A stretch of DNA of 64,000 nucleotides from NCBI RefSeq assembly GCF_037042905.1, contig NC_087245.1, positions 7,566,001-7,630,000 of the forward strand, in the 5' to 3' direction. Source of the DNA: Lytechinus pictus (taxonomy: Eukaryota). Below are positions 12,038 through 22,136 of the stretch, piece after piece. The position numbers and the translations under genes were made by a program. Below the pieces are notes generated by a model. The model was not told where the DNA came from, did no database searches, and was given only the letters and a program-made list of their open reading frames with translations. Position 1 is the stretch's first letter; every line of letters starts with the position of its first letter.

Positions 12038-15000
12038 ACAAACAACGATCAAGCCAGTCGGTTGCTAACATTATTCATTCATTGGTCCAATATTGTTGCC
12101 GTCTGAATTCACAATTTTTCATATTTTGATTGAGCGTAACAAGTGAAATAAAAATGCACTTTTGACTGACTATCGACATACATCTAATTCATTTCTTGAA
12201 GAAATGCACCAATTACCTGTTAGAATTACAAATGCGTATAACGTTTGTCACTAAATTTGCTGATTTCGTTTGCTTACCGAAATCATTATACGAGCTATAA
12301 CAAAATTTAATACCTCCTTGATTCATATAACAAAATGCTATCACTATCCAACCGAGAAGCCAGGATTTGATTTTTGAGGGGACGGTAAGTGTACGCGAAG
12401 CGTGCCAACACTTACAGCTCCCTAGGGGGGGGGGGGGGTGCAGGGAGGGTTTTTGGATATCTCATCAAATTTAAATCAAAAGAAGACGTCTCTTGCGTCT
12501 CTATTACCCTTATCAACTGGAATTGAACTGACTTAATGTGATTAAAAAATCTTGTTTTCGAAAGAAATAATGAGCGCTCCAAAATGGGAAAAGATTGAGG
12601 AATTTGAAATAATTTTTCTTACCGCGCAAAGCGCGGACACTAAAACGTTGATAAAAATTGAGAACAGAAGTGGTATACAATGTTTACCTTGGTCACATCA
12701 GATTTGTTTGCAAAAACTTTAGCCACATCAAATTCTTTACCTCGCAAAACAGAGTAGAAGACGGGTAGGCCTATATGCAGGGAGAAAATATTCCTTTCCG
12801 CGAATGACGTTGAAGCTCTGAATTTTCGAATTTTTTCTGAAACCTTAACCTACTCTAATTTTGATATTTCTTAGATCATAATAACTCTGCTACGAAAAAA
12901 GTTCAAGAGTTCAATTTGTGAAAGGAATGATGCTAGAAGAGGAACTTTTCCATTCCTATGCACGCGAACAGTAACCTCTGTGTTTTATTTTGTAAGAAAA
13001 AAATTGTGTAATTTCGCTCAATATTAAGCGCTTCCCTTTGTATGATTTAGATAATTTCAGTGACATTCAAAATTTCAAATTAATGGTGCATAACGAAACG
13101 GGAGGTGGATATGCAGCAATATAGAATAAACTAAAGTTTCATCGTAAATACTTTTTCATATAGCACGGGAATGCCTCCCCCTTTGAGCAGATACTTTGCA
13201 AAAAATTACTTGCTGAAAAGAGGAAGATATAGCGTTGGGGACTCGGAGAGTGACGGTGTTTACCCGCTCCGAAAAGAAGAGCCGAAATTTTGTGTCAATG
13301 CGATTTAAAAAAATATTTTCATATTCTTTTCACTTTATAATATCTGGCAAGAATATACGATTCCTATGACCGGGAGGGGAAAAACGTGTGGGAAAGGCAT
13401 TTTAGATATTTTTTCCCGCGCGGAGTGCGGAAGCAAAATTTTGTATGAAGAGAGAAAAGAACGCCTCGTTAAGGTTTTTATTCTTTTGACAAAAAGAAAA
13501 AGAAAAAAACAATAAAGCTATACCCATCTCCTCCTTTCACTCTTCGCTTTGTTCTTTTTCTCCTTTTCCCTTTCTTTTTTTCTTTTGGGGGGCAGTTTTT
13601 TTTTGGGGGAGGCGACTTCCCCCCACCGCCCCCTGGCTACGCGCCTGTCTCTATCATGCACAACCCATATCTGAAGAACAGGTTGCGGAATATTATTGAC
13701 GGTAAAGTTCGAATTTTATTCGTGATTTCTTCAAATCAAATGGAACTCGCATTTGGCCGAAGTTAACTTTGCAAAAGAATATTTAAAATGTGGAATTTAT
13801 GGTCTCAAGATGTCTTGAATAGAAAACATTATTCTCTTTAATCAGCTCGTTTCAATTCAATTTCGTAGTAATATGCTTATCATATAGAATGAAAAATGAA
13901 TTAGATTTTCGTTGACCAAATCAATATGTTTTTTTCAACTTCAGGTAGAACTTCATCTTCATCTTGATGGTGGAATTCGGCCAGCCACAATCTGGGAGAT
14001 TTCAAAGTAAGTATTTATTCATGACACAGAATCATTTAATTATTTCCTTTTAAACCTCAGGTAAAACTTCATCTTCACATTGAAGGAGCCATTTGATCTT
14101 CAACAATATGGGAGATTTCACAGTAAGTATTCCCGCAAATAAGTTATCAAACTGTCTTAAAATGCCGTTTGCTTACTTCTCTTTTATAGCGTGCACACAT
14201 TTTGCGTGCATCATAATTAAATGTTTTATATCATAGAATGCATTAGCAAAAAATAATAACTCTAGATTTATAAAGTTATACCTTACTTATCTTCAAATTT
14301 AAAAACTACATATACATATTTCATTCTGCTCACTGGCAGTCACGAATCTAGGTGTAAAAAATAGTTGGCTATACGCCCCCTCTTTTATGTTTTGGTTTGT
14401 TTGTTTTGCTTATAAAAAAAACTGTACGGCGAATGGACCCGTGAGTCATTTGCGAATCACATAATTTTCTAAGTGCCCCTGTAATCATGTTAGGTATGCC
14501 CCCCCCCCCTATTGCTAATGTTAATAATGATAATAGTTACCCAGGGATGCCACTTTAGTTCCGAAAACTTCTCACAGTGGGTCCTGCTATTACGTTCTTT
14601 ATCAAATAATTTCATCCGTGTTAATGGCTATACCTATTCCATTCTCTCTACCAATAGCTTTTGTTCTCTTTCAACGGCAGTCTGTCTATCCTGTGGAATC
14701 AAACTTGGAAGCAAAGAATTGAACTCAGTGACGTAACGAATCAAAACTTTTGAGGGGGCCAGATGAGGCGGATGGAGCAAAAGTTTAATAAAGAAGCGAG
14801 CGAGCAACAAATTGCCGTTTTAATACAAAAAATACAAAAATACATTTTTTGATAGCTTTTGTCATAATATTCAGAAAATGATATCATATTTCACACTTTC
14901 CTTTTCTTTTCTTTTCCCTTTTTTTTTTGGGGGGCGTAAAATTTTTTGTGGTCATAGTCCCGCAATCTTCAGGGTTCAAATTTTTTCCATAAGTAATACC

Positions 15001-18000
15001 ATGGGAAAATCTTTCAAATATTTTATTATTTAACAAATTTCATTAAAAATGTATTTGTCATGAATTTTCATTATATCATAATCAGATATAATGATTATCA
15101 TAATAAAATTTGAAGGATATGTATGTTTTTTAATAGAAATTGAATTGCAGTGATTTTGTCGCCTAGGTTAAATTATGTGTGCGAAGAAGTCTCGTGTTTG
15201 CGATGTTGAATTATTTCGTTTTACCAATCATTGCTTATGCTTTTTTCTTTTTTTTTGTCTTGTGTTTCTCATTGTATGCTTATATACTTTTAACTGTAAT
15301 TCTTTGATATTCATCAAATTATATGTGTGCATTAATATTCAAAGTGCTATCTATCTTCATATCTTAGTGAAAAGAGCATTCATCGACTTCTCGTTTTTTA
15401 TAGTCCGTAACATGTACATAGTTGATTTCTTATTCCCTCTGCCTCTCGTCAACTAATCTTGTTGCAATAGATTTATATTCAAATTGGATGTTGTATAATT
15501 ACGTTTGTACTTTCTGAAACTTAATAATATATATACGAAAATATCATATAATTTAAATGATTTAGATGATGAGAAGACGATGCCCCATTTTCTCTAATAC
15601 TTACCGTTAAAGAGCGGAAGACTTTGCACTTAAAAGAGAAGATTTTACTGACAAAATAAAAGAATCATTCTGTAAATTGGTATGACAGTAAATGTTCCGC
15701 AAGACAACAGAACGGGTCTATTAAAAAAAGCGTTATGACTAAAATTACACGATTCTGATTGGTTAAAAATTAAGAAGCAGTTGAGTGCAACTCTGTTTCC
15801 CGGCTTTGTTTGTCAACGTGCCCCTGATCAGCTCATTTTCCTACCTGCATACTCACATAATCAGGTCATTTCATCATGTCGTTTATTCCCAAACTCTATA
15901 CAAAGTCCTCTGACCACCGTTATTTATTAGAAATCAAAGTTTGCCATCGTTTTTTGTTTGTTTCCATGGTAACAGGAAGCGTGGTATCAGTGTCGGCTGC
16001 TCATCGTTGGAAGAGCTTGAAAAGGACCTTGTGGAATGGAAAACGGGAGATCTTAGCACATTCCTATCAGAGTTTAATAGATTTATGCCAGTTTTCATGT
16101 AAGTCTCTGTATTGTGAGTATATACATGATATAAGGATGATTGTTAAAAAAAATACGAAAGAAAAGCATTTAGAAATAATAATAATAGCAATTATAAGAC
16201 AACTACAGTGATAAAGTTAATGATAATGATAATGAATGATTCTACAGTATAATGAATAAAAAGAAATGACCAAATATTAAGTCAAAATCAAAGAATGTCT
16301 AATGACAACATTAAGTTCTGAGACCAGTTAAATGGCCATGGATCCTATACATTGCCACATGCATTAACAATTTTTTTTCAAAATGTTTCTATCAAGGATT
16401 TCAAACTCAAGATAAATACAAACAAAATTGACAAATCCTCGTTTCATATCAATAACAAAATACAAAAATATTTACAAAAAAAAACTGAAGCAAAAAATGA
16501 TTGAATGAAATACCTTTAAAAAATATATATATGTATTTAAAATGAACTGAGCCCCGACCCTCTGTTGTAACCTAATAATATATATAATTAATATTGAAAG
16601 ATTTGCAGAAAAAATTAACAAATTATTGTTCCACCCCCAATATATTTTACATTAAGCTGGTACATAGAATTAAAAATAAACGTACATTGACATATACATT
16701 TTCCGGTGATCAGGAGCGCACAGACACAATCTTAATGATGGGCATTGTTGTCTCATGAAGATGTAGACATACTACTGAAAAGAAAAAAAGAGGTGATAGA
16801 ACTTTTTAAAATCACATTAAGAACTTAATTCATTAAAAATACTGATTTTGAGCGACTTTCAATATTACTTTGATGAATAGGTGTAATTATTGTTGTATTT
16901 CGTGTAATGGAATTATCGTTATTGTCTGTCTTGATACTGTATTCTCAGAGGGGACCTGCAATCAATAAAGCGCATCAGTTATGAACTCTGTGAGGACATG
17001 TCTAAGGAAGGGGCGGTCTACTTCGAGGCTCGTTACAGTCCTCATCTCTTCTCAAACTTACCAAGGGTAAAGAACTTTTTCAATGTACCTGAAGGTGACG
17101 TAACACCACGTGATGTCGTCCGAGTAGTCAACGAAGGTATCCGAGAAGGATCAAAAGACTTCGGCCTTCAGGCCCGGACAGTATTATGCATGATTCGTGA
17201 CAAACCAGGTAAGGATCCAGGTGGGTTTTTCATAAAGCTGTTCGTAAGTTAAGAGCGACCTTAAGAACGACTGGTGATCCTTTCTTGTGGTAAATGGTAT
17301 ATTGGCGACGGTTTAGCGCGTCAGAAAGGATCATCAGTCGTTCTTAAAGTCGCTCTTAACTTACGAACAGCTTTATGAAACGGCCCCCAGTGGTTCCAAA
17401 ATTGTGATAAATATAAAGGTCTCAAGTATTTACTTTAAAAAAAACCTTTTGCAAAATTTTGGAGCATAAAAATTTAGGAGGGATTAATTTGAAACACTCT
17501 TTGTAAAACTTTCAATGCCATGAAAAATCAGTAGAATTAATTTTCACGACTTCCCTTTTATTTAATTGGATTTTACGGATCTTGCACAGATAAGATATAG
17601 TTTTTTTAATTGGTACTTAATTATTGGTGTTCTCTCTTGCTATATAATTCATATTACTCTGTTTGTCTCCCTAGAATGGTCTGCTGAAGTTCTTGAATTG
17701 TGCAAAGAGTTCCATAACGATACAGTCGTTGGTATTGACCTAGCCAACAATGAAATGCTTGAACTTTACACACAACATATAGAAGGTTTCAAGGTAAATC
17801 CAACTGCCCCCCAGTCAATTCCTTCCTTTTTCCCATTCTCCCTATATATCAGAAAAGGACTTTAATGGGTATGGTTAAAGTAGGACTAAATCTTTTGATC
17901 ACGGATTGACATTTGTTTGGTTGTTTGCCTGGTACCACATCTTGTTTTAAAGGTTACAAATCCAATATATAGTGATATATTAGATCTGTATATAATTAAA

Positions 18001-21000
18001 GTATTAAAATGAAAATCAAATCTGTAAATTTAAGGTAATACATTCATCCGTCTTCCACAATTAAAACTCAAAACTTATCTCACCAGGGCCTGCAGTTTTA
18101 CAAGCTTGCTTTTATGGAGGTCCCACTCCCATCATATTTCTTTGACTTGAATTAAGCGTTTCCTTTATCACTCGAATGATAATTGTATCATTATATTGTG
18201 CTATTTGTATACCTCTCAGTTGTCTATAATTTAATGCTTATGCATTAGTGTTGCTGCTTTTTATTTAAATCAAATGTCAATGAGAAATATGAAAATAAAT
18301 GAAATGAAATCAAACTTACGATCATGACCAGTGACTGATCCCTCCTTCTTTTTACTTTTCTCTTGTTTTTCCTTCTAGATCAGACCATTTAATGAACTTT
18401 TACAGTCGTTACATTGTCATTACCTCTGTTTGATAATATTGTGCTTTGTATATATTTTTGTGTGTGTCAGGACCATGATGTAAAGCAGCCTCGGCTGATC
18501 ATGTTTTATCTTTATCCTGAATAAATATGTTAGAATGAAAAATGAAATAAAATAGAAATAAATGTCCCGTTTGTAGGTCAAGCTTATAAAAATTCACCTC
18601 ACGCTTTGGGTTCTCAATAATTATTTATTTTTGTATATATCTTGTCTAATAAAATCATCATGAAACTCTTTAGTTTTTTTCAGATCGGAATATCGATTTT
18701 TTTTTTGGGGGGGGGGTCTGCTTGCGCTTTGAACACGCATGTTGTTAAATTAAATATTCATCCTGGTGAGAATCACGAAAACTGCTCAAATGTTCTAAAG
18801 TCGAAATCGCCAAATATTTCAATTCAGGTTTCGCACTCGTAATCACCAAACTATTATTTAACTATAGTGCATCTCTAACCTTGTGTTTGTCTAACTCGTG
18901 ATTTTTGCGTGTCGCGTTTACTCTTCCGAGGGCTGATCGGTGCCAGAAATGACTGAAAAATGACAAGGATACTAAAATTATCATTTCATGAACTCAATTA
19001 TTCTCTTATTAGGGAGCCAAGACGGCTGGTATACATCGTACATGCCATGCCGGTGAGATGGGACCAGCTAGTAGTGTACAAACTGCCATTGAAATTCTTG
19101 AAGCTGAAAGGATTGGTCACGGTTATCACATCTTTGATGATGAGAGCGTCGTGAAGGTAAATATGTGTCTTTATCATTTATAATCATGATGATAGTGAAC
19201 CCTATAGACTTTTCATTCACGACGCGAAATCTTGAATGCACACGCACGTCTAGGTAGTCCATCCTGCGTCGTCAATCATTTCACAACCGTTCTGTCATTT
19301 TACCTTTTAGCCAAATTGGCGTTGCGACAACTTGTCAAGTTGTGTTGCATTGGGCTCAACACAAAATCTTGTTGTTATGTTCTTATATGTATGAATGAAA
19401 TTTTGTCATTATTAATTTTTGGTTATTTCACTGTTAGCTCGCTAAGGAAAAGTCTATTCATTTTGAGGTATGTCCAACTTCAAGTACTCGAACGGGAGCG
19501 CTCGAAGATGATTTTGACAACCATTGCGCTAAAAGGTACAGATAACATTTTACGTTTAAAGGGATGGTCCAGGCTGAAATATTTATATTTCAATAAATAT
19601 AAAATTCACAGAGCAAAATTCTGAAAATTTGATCAAAATCGGATAACAAATAACGAAGTTATTGAATTTTAAAGATTTGCATTATTCCGGTGAAACAGTT
19701 CTAGGCAATGTCTTCATGAATATTCATCAGGTGGGCTGATGATGTCATATCCCCACTTGTTCTTTTGTATTTTATTATATGAAATTAGGTTTATTAAAAA
19801 AAAATCTTCCAAGAACTAAAACAATTGGATTGACAACTGATAAAGTGCATTGGTTATTTATTGCCGTAACTTATTTCATCATAATGGAGACACATCATTT
19901 ACACATGTATATGAAAAAAATAAATCAAATATGATTTCATGTATATATAACGTAAGTGGGGATATGACATCATCCGCCCACCTACTGAATATTCATGATG
20001 ATGTAAATATAAATATTTTCACAAAATATTGATAAACTTTAAAATTCAATAATTGTCCGATTTTGATGACATTTTCAGCATTTTGCCCAGTGAATTTAAC
20101 TCCTTATTTAGATATACATGTAGATATTTTCGGCCCGGATCATCCCTTTAAGCCTTTTGGCAAAGCCAGAATACACACGTATTCACTCGATTAATTGTGT
20201 TGTGCAGTGGAAGAATATCATCATGGGAAATAGTTTAGAAGGGTGAGAAAAATAGAATTATTAAATAGTTTTGTATATATGGGGGTGGTGGTGGTGGTCG
20301 TCGTCGTCGTCGTGATGACGATCATGAAGATGATGAAGGTGGTGATAATGATGATGAAGGTGGTGATGATGATTGATGGTGATGATGATGATTGATGGTG
20401 ATGATGATGATGATGATGATGAATGATGATGTTCATCATCATGTAGTGATAATGATTATGATGATGATGCAGGGCTGTTAATGGTGGTACTGCATGTGGT
20501 GGTGGTGTTATGGCTGACTCGTGTTGATGATATTAATGATGAAGTTGATGTGACCATAATGACAATGATGATGACAATTATAAAGGTCATGGTAGCAGTG
20601 GTGGGAGACAAAAGGATGAATAGCGACAGAAGATGGTGGCGGTGAAATAAAGTTTAATATATTTCTTTCTCTATTTTTCCCCATTCGCAATGTTAGGTTC
20701 CTCAACGAAGGTATGAATATATCAATAAATACAGATGATCCAACGTTGTTTGGTGCGACACTCACAAGAGAGTTTAGTATTGCTCGTAATCATTTCGGCA
20801 TGGATGACAGAGCCTTAGCATTGATGGTGAGAACAATAAAAACATGTCATATGCGGGAAGTAACGTGGGTTGGATGTGGTTACTTTGGTTAAATCGTACT
20901 TCTGTATGTTCTGCAATATATATTTCCTCTCGTTTGACAAGAAGGGTAGGATGTCCCTTCATTAGGTCTTGTGCCATCCAGGAGGCCTATTGATTTTTTT

Positions 21001-21462
21001 TCTTTTTAGACCTTCTTAACTTTGTTTTTCATTGCCTATAAACCTATATCATATAAACTGAGAAACTGAGGAAACACCATCTTCCAATCCCAGATATTCT
21101 GTTTTATCTCCAGAAACAAATACTTTTTTAAATTCTAATCAACAAAGATCATACGTGGGGTCGTGAATATATTCATCCAGCACATCCTTTTCATGATGAT
21201 TTTCCCCCAAATGTGCTTTAATCGAACACAACACATATTTTTTATCGTTTGTTTACAATGTGTGCAATTTATTGTTAAAAGAAAGAAATTAACCGATGAA
21301 CAATAAAGGTATCTTCCATCGATGAGTTATGAGATGATAATATCTATGTAACTGTGTATTTCTTTGCAGACTCTAAATGCAGCACGAGCCAGTTTTTTAC
21401 CCGACGATCAAAAAGCAGAAATGATCCAGAGTCTCAAAGTCAAGTTCAAGGAGATTTTATAA
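6355..21462 (+). CDS. ADA: Adenosine deaminase, 9 coding exons joined (6355-6393, 13945-14006, 15976-16098, 16949-17208, 17675-17793, 19013-19156, 19438-19535, 20697-20826, 21370-21462); 1068 nt, 355 aa
   Basis: All introns are GT-AG, phases are consistent and the spliced frame is open from ATG to TAA. Motifs: PKVELHLHLDG, EARYSPH, VVGIDLA, CHAGE, RIGHGYH, HFEVCPTSS, SINTDDP, NAARASFLP. Confidence 0.96.
7672..7964. mobile_element. PIF/Harbinger-like MITE
   Basis: TIR GGCCCTTATTCTGAA / TTCAGAATAAGGGCC; TSD not clean. Confidence 0.7.
8735..9070. mobile_element. CACT-terminal MITE with TA flanks (relatives at about 10405, 21800 and 28780-29307)
   Basis: ta|CACTCTTAAAA...TTTTAAGAGTG|ta. Confidence 0.8.
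8800..8970. mobile_element. Fold-back Harbinger-like MITE nested in the CACT element
   Basis: Long inverted arms (TTTCATAAxGCTGTTCGTAAG...); 3-bp TSD CTG. Confidence 0.8.
9620..10300 (-). mobile_element. Degenerate 3' fragment of an L2/CR1-group LINE in ADA intron 1
   Basis: Minus-strand translation fragments IDKLTKLQKRAARLI and GCVLWNSLP match the ORF2 C-terminal pattern; boundaries approximate. Confidence 0.75.
10905..11487. mobile_element. 583-bp TTAA-target MITE (Kolobok-like), copy in ADA intron 1
   Basis: ttaa|AGGAGAATGAAAC...GTTTCATTCTCCT|ttaa; near-identical copies at 55373 and 62552. Confidence 0.92.
11697..11702 (-). terminator. Pol III-type T6 terminator immediately after the tRNA-like gene
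   Basis: AAAAAA on + strand directly adjacent to the discriminator base. Confidence 0.55.
11703..11774 (-). tRNA. 72-nt tRNA-like cloverleaf, anticodon TCA by canonical numbering (opal-suppressor-like; probably derived from tRNA-Glu and carried by a repeat)
   Basis: Minus strand: GTCTCTG TG GTCT AGTGGTTA AGGC A CCGGC GTTCAAA GCTGG GGGC CCGGG TTCGATT CCCGG CAGAGAC A, then TTTTTT. All four stems pair; A and B boxes present; G32 is atypical. Confidence 0.6.
13945..14006 (+). CDS. ADA: ADA exon 2a (VELHLHLDGGIRPATIWEIS), Zn-binding HxH
   Basis: ttcag|GTA...AA|gtaagt, 62 nt. Confidence 0.95.
14061..14122 (+). pseudogene. Tandem duplicate of ADA exon 2 (exon 2b; VKLHLHIEGAI*SSTIWEIS) with in-frame TGA
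   Basis: Same length (62 nt) and phases as exon 2a, 47/62 nt identical; intact ctcag acceptor and gtaagt donor; TGA at 14094-14096. Confidence 0.9.
15976..16098 (+). CDS. ADA: ADA exon 3 (KRGISVGCSSLEELEKDLVEWKTGDLSTFLSEFNRFMPVF)
   Basis: aacag|G...AT|gtaagt, 123 nt, phase 2-2. Confidence 0.92.
16949..17208 (+). CDS. ADA: ADA exon 4 (GDLQSIKRISYELCED...EARYSPH...LCMIRDKP)
   Basis: ctcag|A...G|gtaagg, 260 nt; overlaps ORF 16998..17252. Confidence 0.95.
17221..17387. mobile_element. Fold-back Harbinger-like MITE (family of 8800-8970, also about 50781-50941 and 57963-58123)
   Basis: Near-perfect inverted arms; TSD CAG; starts 12 nt after the ADA exon 4 donor. Confidence 0.88.
17675..17793 (+). 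CDS. ADA: ADA exon 5 (WSAEVLELCKEFHNDTVVGIDLANNE...FK)
   Basis: cctag|AA...AAG|gtaaat, 119 nt. Confidence 0.93.
18050..18560 (+). mobile_element. Two probable LINE 3'-end remnants in ADA intron 5
   Basis: Each has a stem-loop-like block followed by AATAAA and a short tandem tail such as (AAATG)n, at about 18295-18310 and 18520-18560. Confidence 0.4.
19013..19156 (+). CDS. ADA: ADA exon 6 (GAKTAGIHRTCHAGE...ERIGHGYHIFDDESVVK)
   Basis: attag|GGA...AAG|gtaaat, 144 nt; carries HAGE and GHG catalytic motifs. Confidence 0.95.
19438..19535 (+). CDS. ADA: ADA exon 7 (LAKEKSIHFEVCPTSSTRTGALEDDFDNHCAK)
   Basis: gttag|CTC...AG|gtacag, 98 nt; EVCPTSS motif. Confidence 0.93.
19560..20147. mobile_element. 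588-bp TTAA-target MITE (second Kolobok-like family)
   Basis: ttaa|AGGGATGGTCCAGGCTGAAA...TTTCGGCCCGGATCATCCCT|ttaa with long imperfect inverted arms. Confidence 0.88.
20281..20645. repeat. (GAT/GGT/GTC)n trinucleotide microsatellite complex in ADA intron 7
   Basis: Visible triplet runs. Confidence 0.9.
20697..20826 (+). CDS. ADA: ADA exon 8 (FLNEGMNISINTDDPTLFG...ALALM)
   Basis: gttag|G...ATG|gtgaga, 130 nt; NTDDP motif. Confidence 0.95.
21370..21462 (+). CDS. ADA: ADA exon 9, terminal (TLNAARASFLPDDQKAEMIQSLKVKFKEIL*)
   Basis: tgcag|ACT...TAA, 93 nt. Confidence 0.93.
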   Translation, partial: TLNAARASFLPDDQKAEMIQSLKVKFKEIL

Positions 21463-22136
21463 GTACTGTTCTATCAATGCTTAGGATTATCAATATTCTT
21501 CCGGGATGGAAACCATGGTAACATGATCATAAATTACTCAATTATATTTTGATGTAAATAACAATTTTTTGTGGATTTTTCTCCTACCAAAAAATATTCC
21601 TATTCTATTGCCTTCAAGACAGTGATGCCACTAAAACGCCTTTTTTTTTACTCGAATCGACTGTAGCTGTATGGTTTCATATTGGTCGGGGTGCTGGCTT
21701 CCAAAATTAATGCACAATATGTCAAGGGCTTTATTGTTCTGTTATGATTTTGTATAAAAAAAACAGCACCCGACCGAAATATGTTTATAATTAAGAACAC
21801 TCTGAAAATATTTGGTAAAAAAAGATCCATGAGGGTAATTATGTTTCCAACTAACATTGGGTATTTCTCTTGGGCATTTTCATTTATCCAGTGTGAAGAA
21901 AATTTTGCCCATTCTAAAATAATTGCTGCTTATTTTTTTAACTTTACCATGCTTACTGGACAATATGCTTCCCGCATTGTGGAAAATATTGCCCCAAAAT
22001 GGTTGGACACATAATTACCCTCGTGCTGGTTAAAATTTTACCCAATATTTTTTATATTGAACTCGAAATGTAGATTTTATGGCCATAATAATGTTATATA
22101 TAATATGATACAATATAAGATATTTAATGATGAGCC

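Noticed and set aside
20221..20442. Poly-His/Thr ORF
   Set aside because: Translation of a trinucleotide microsatellite in an ADA intron.
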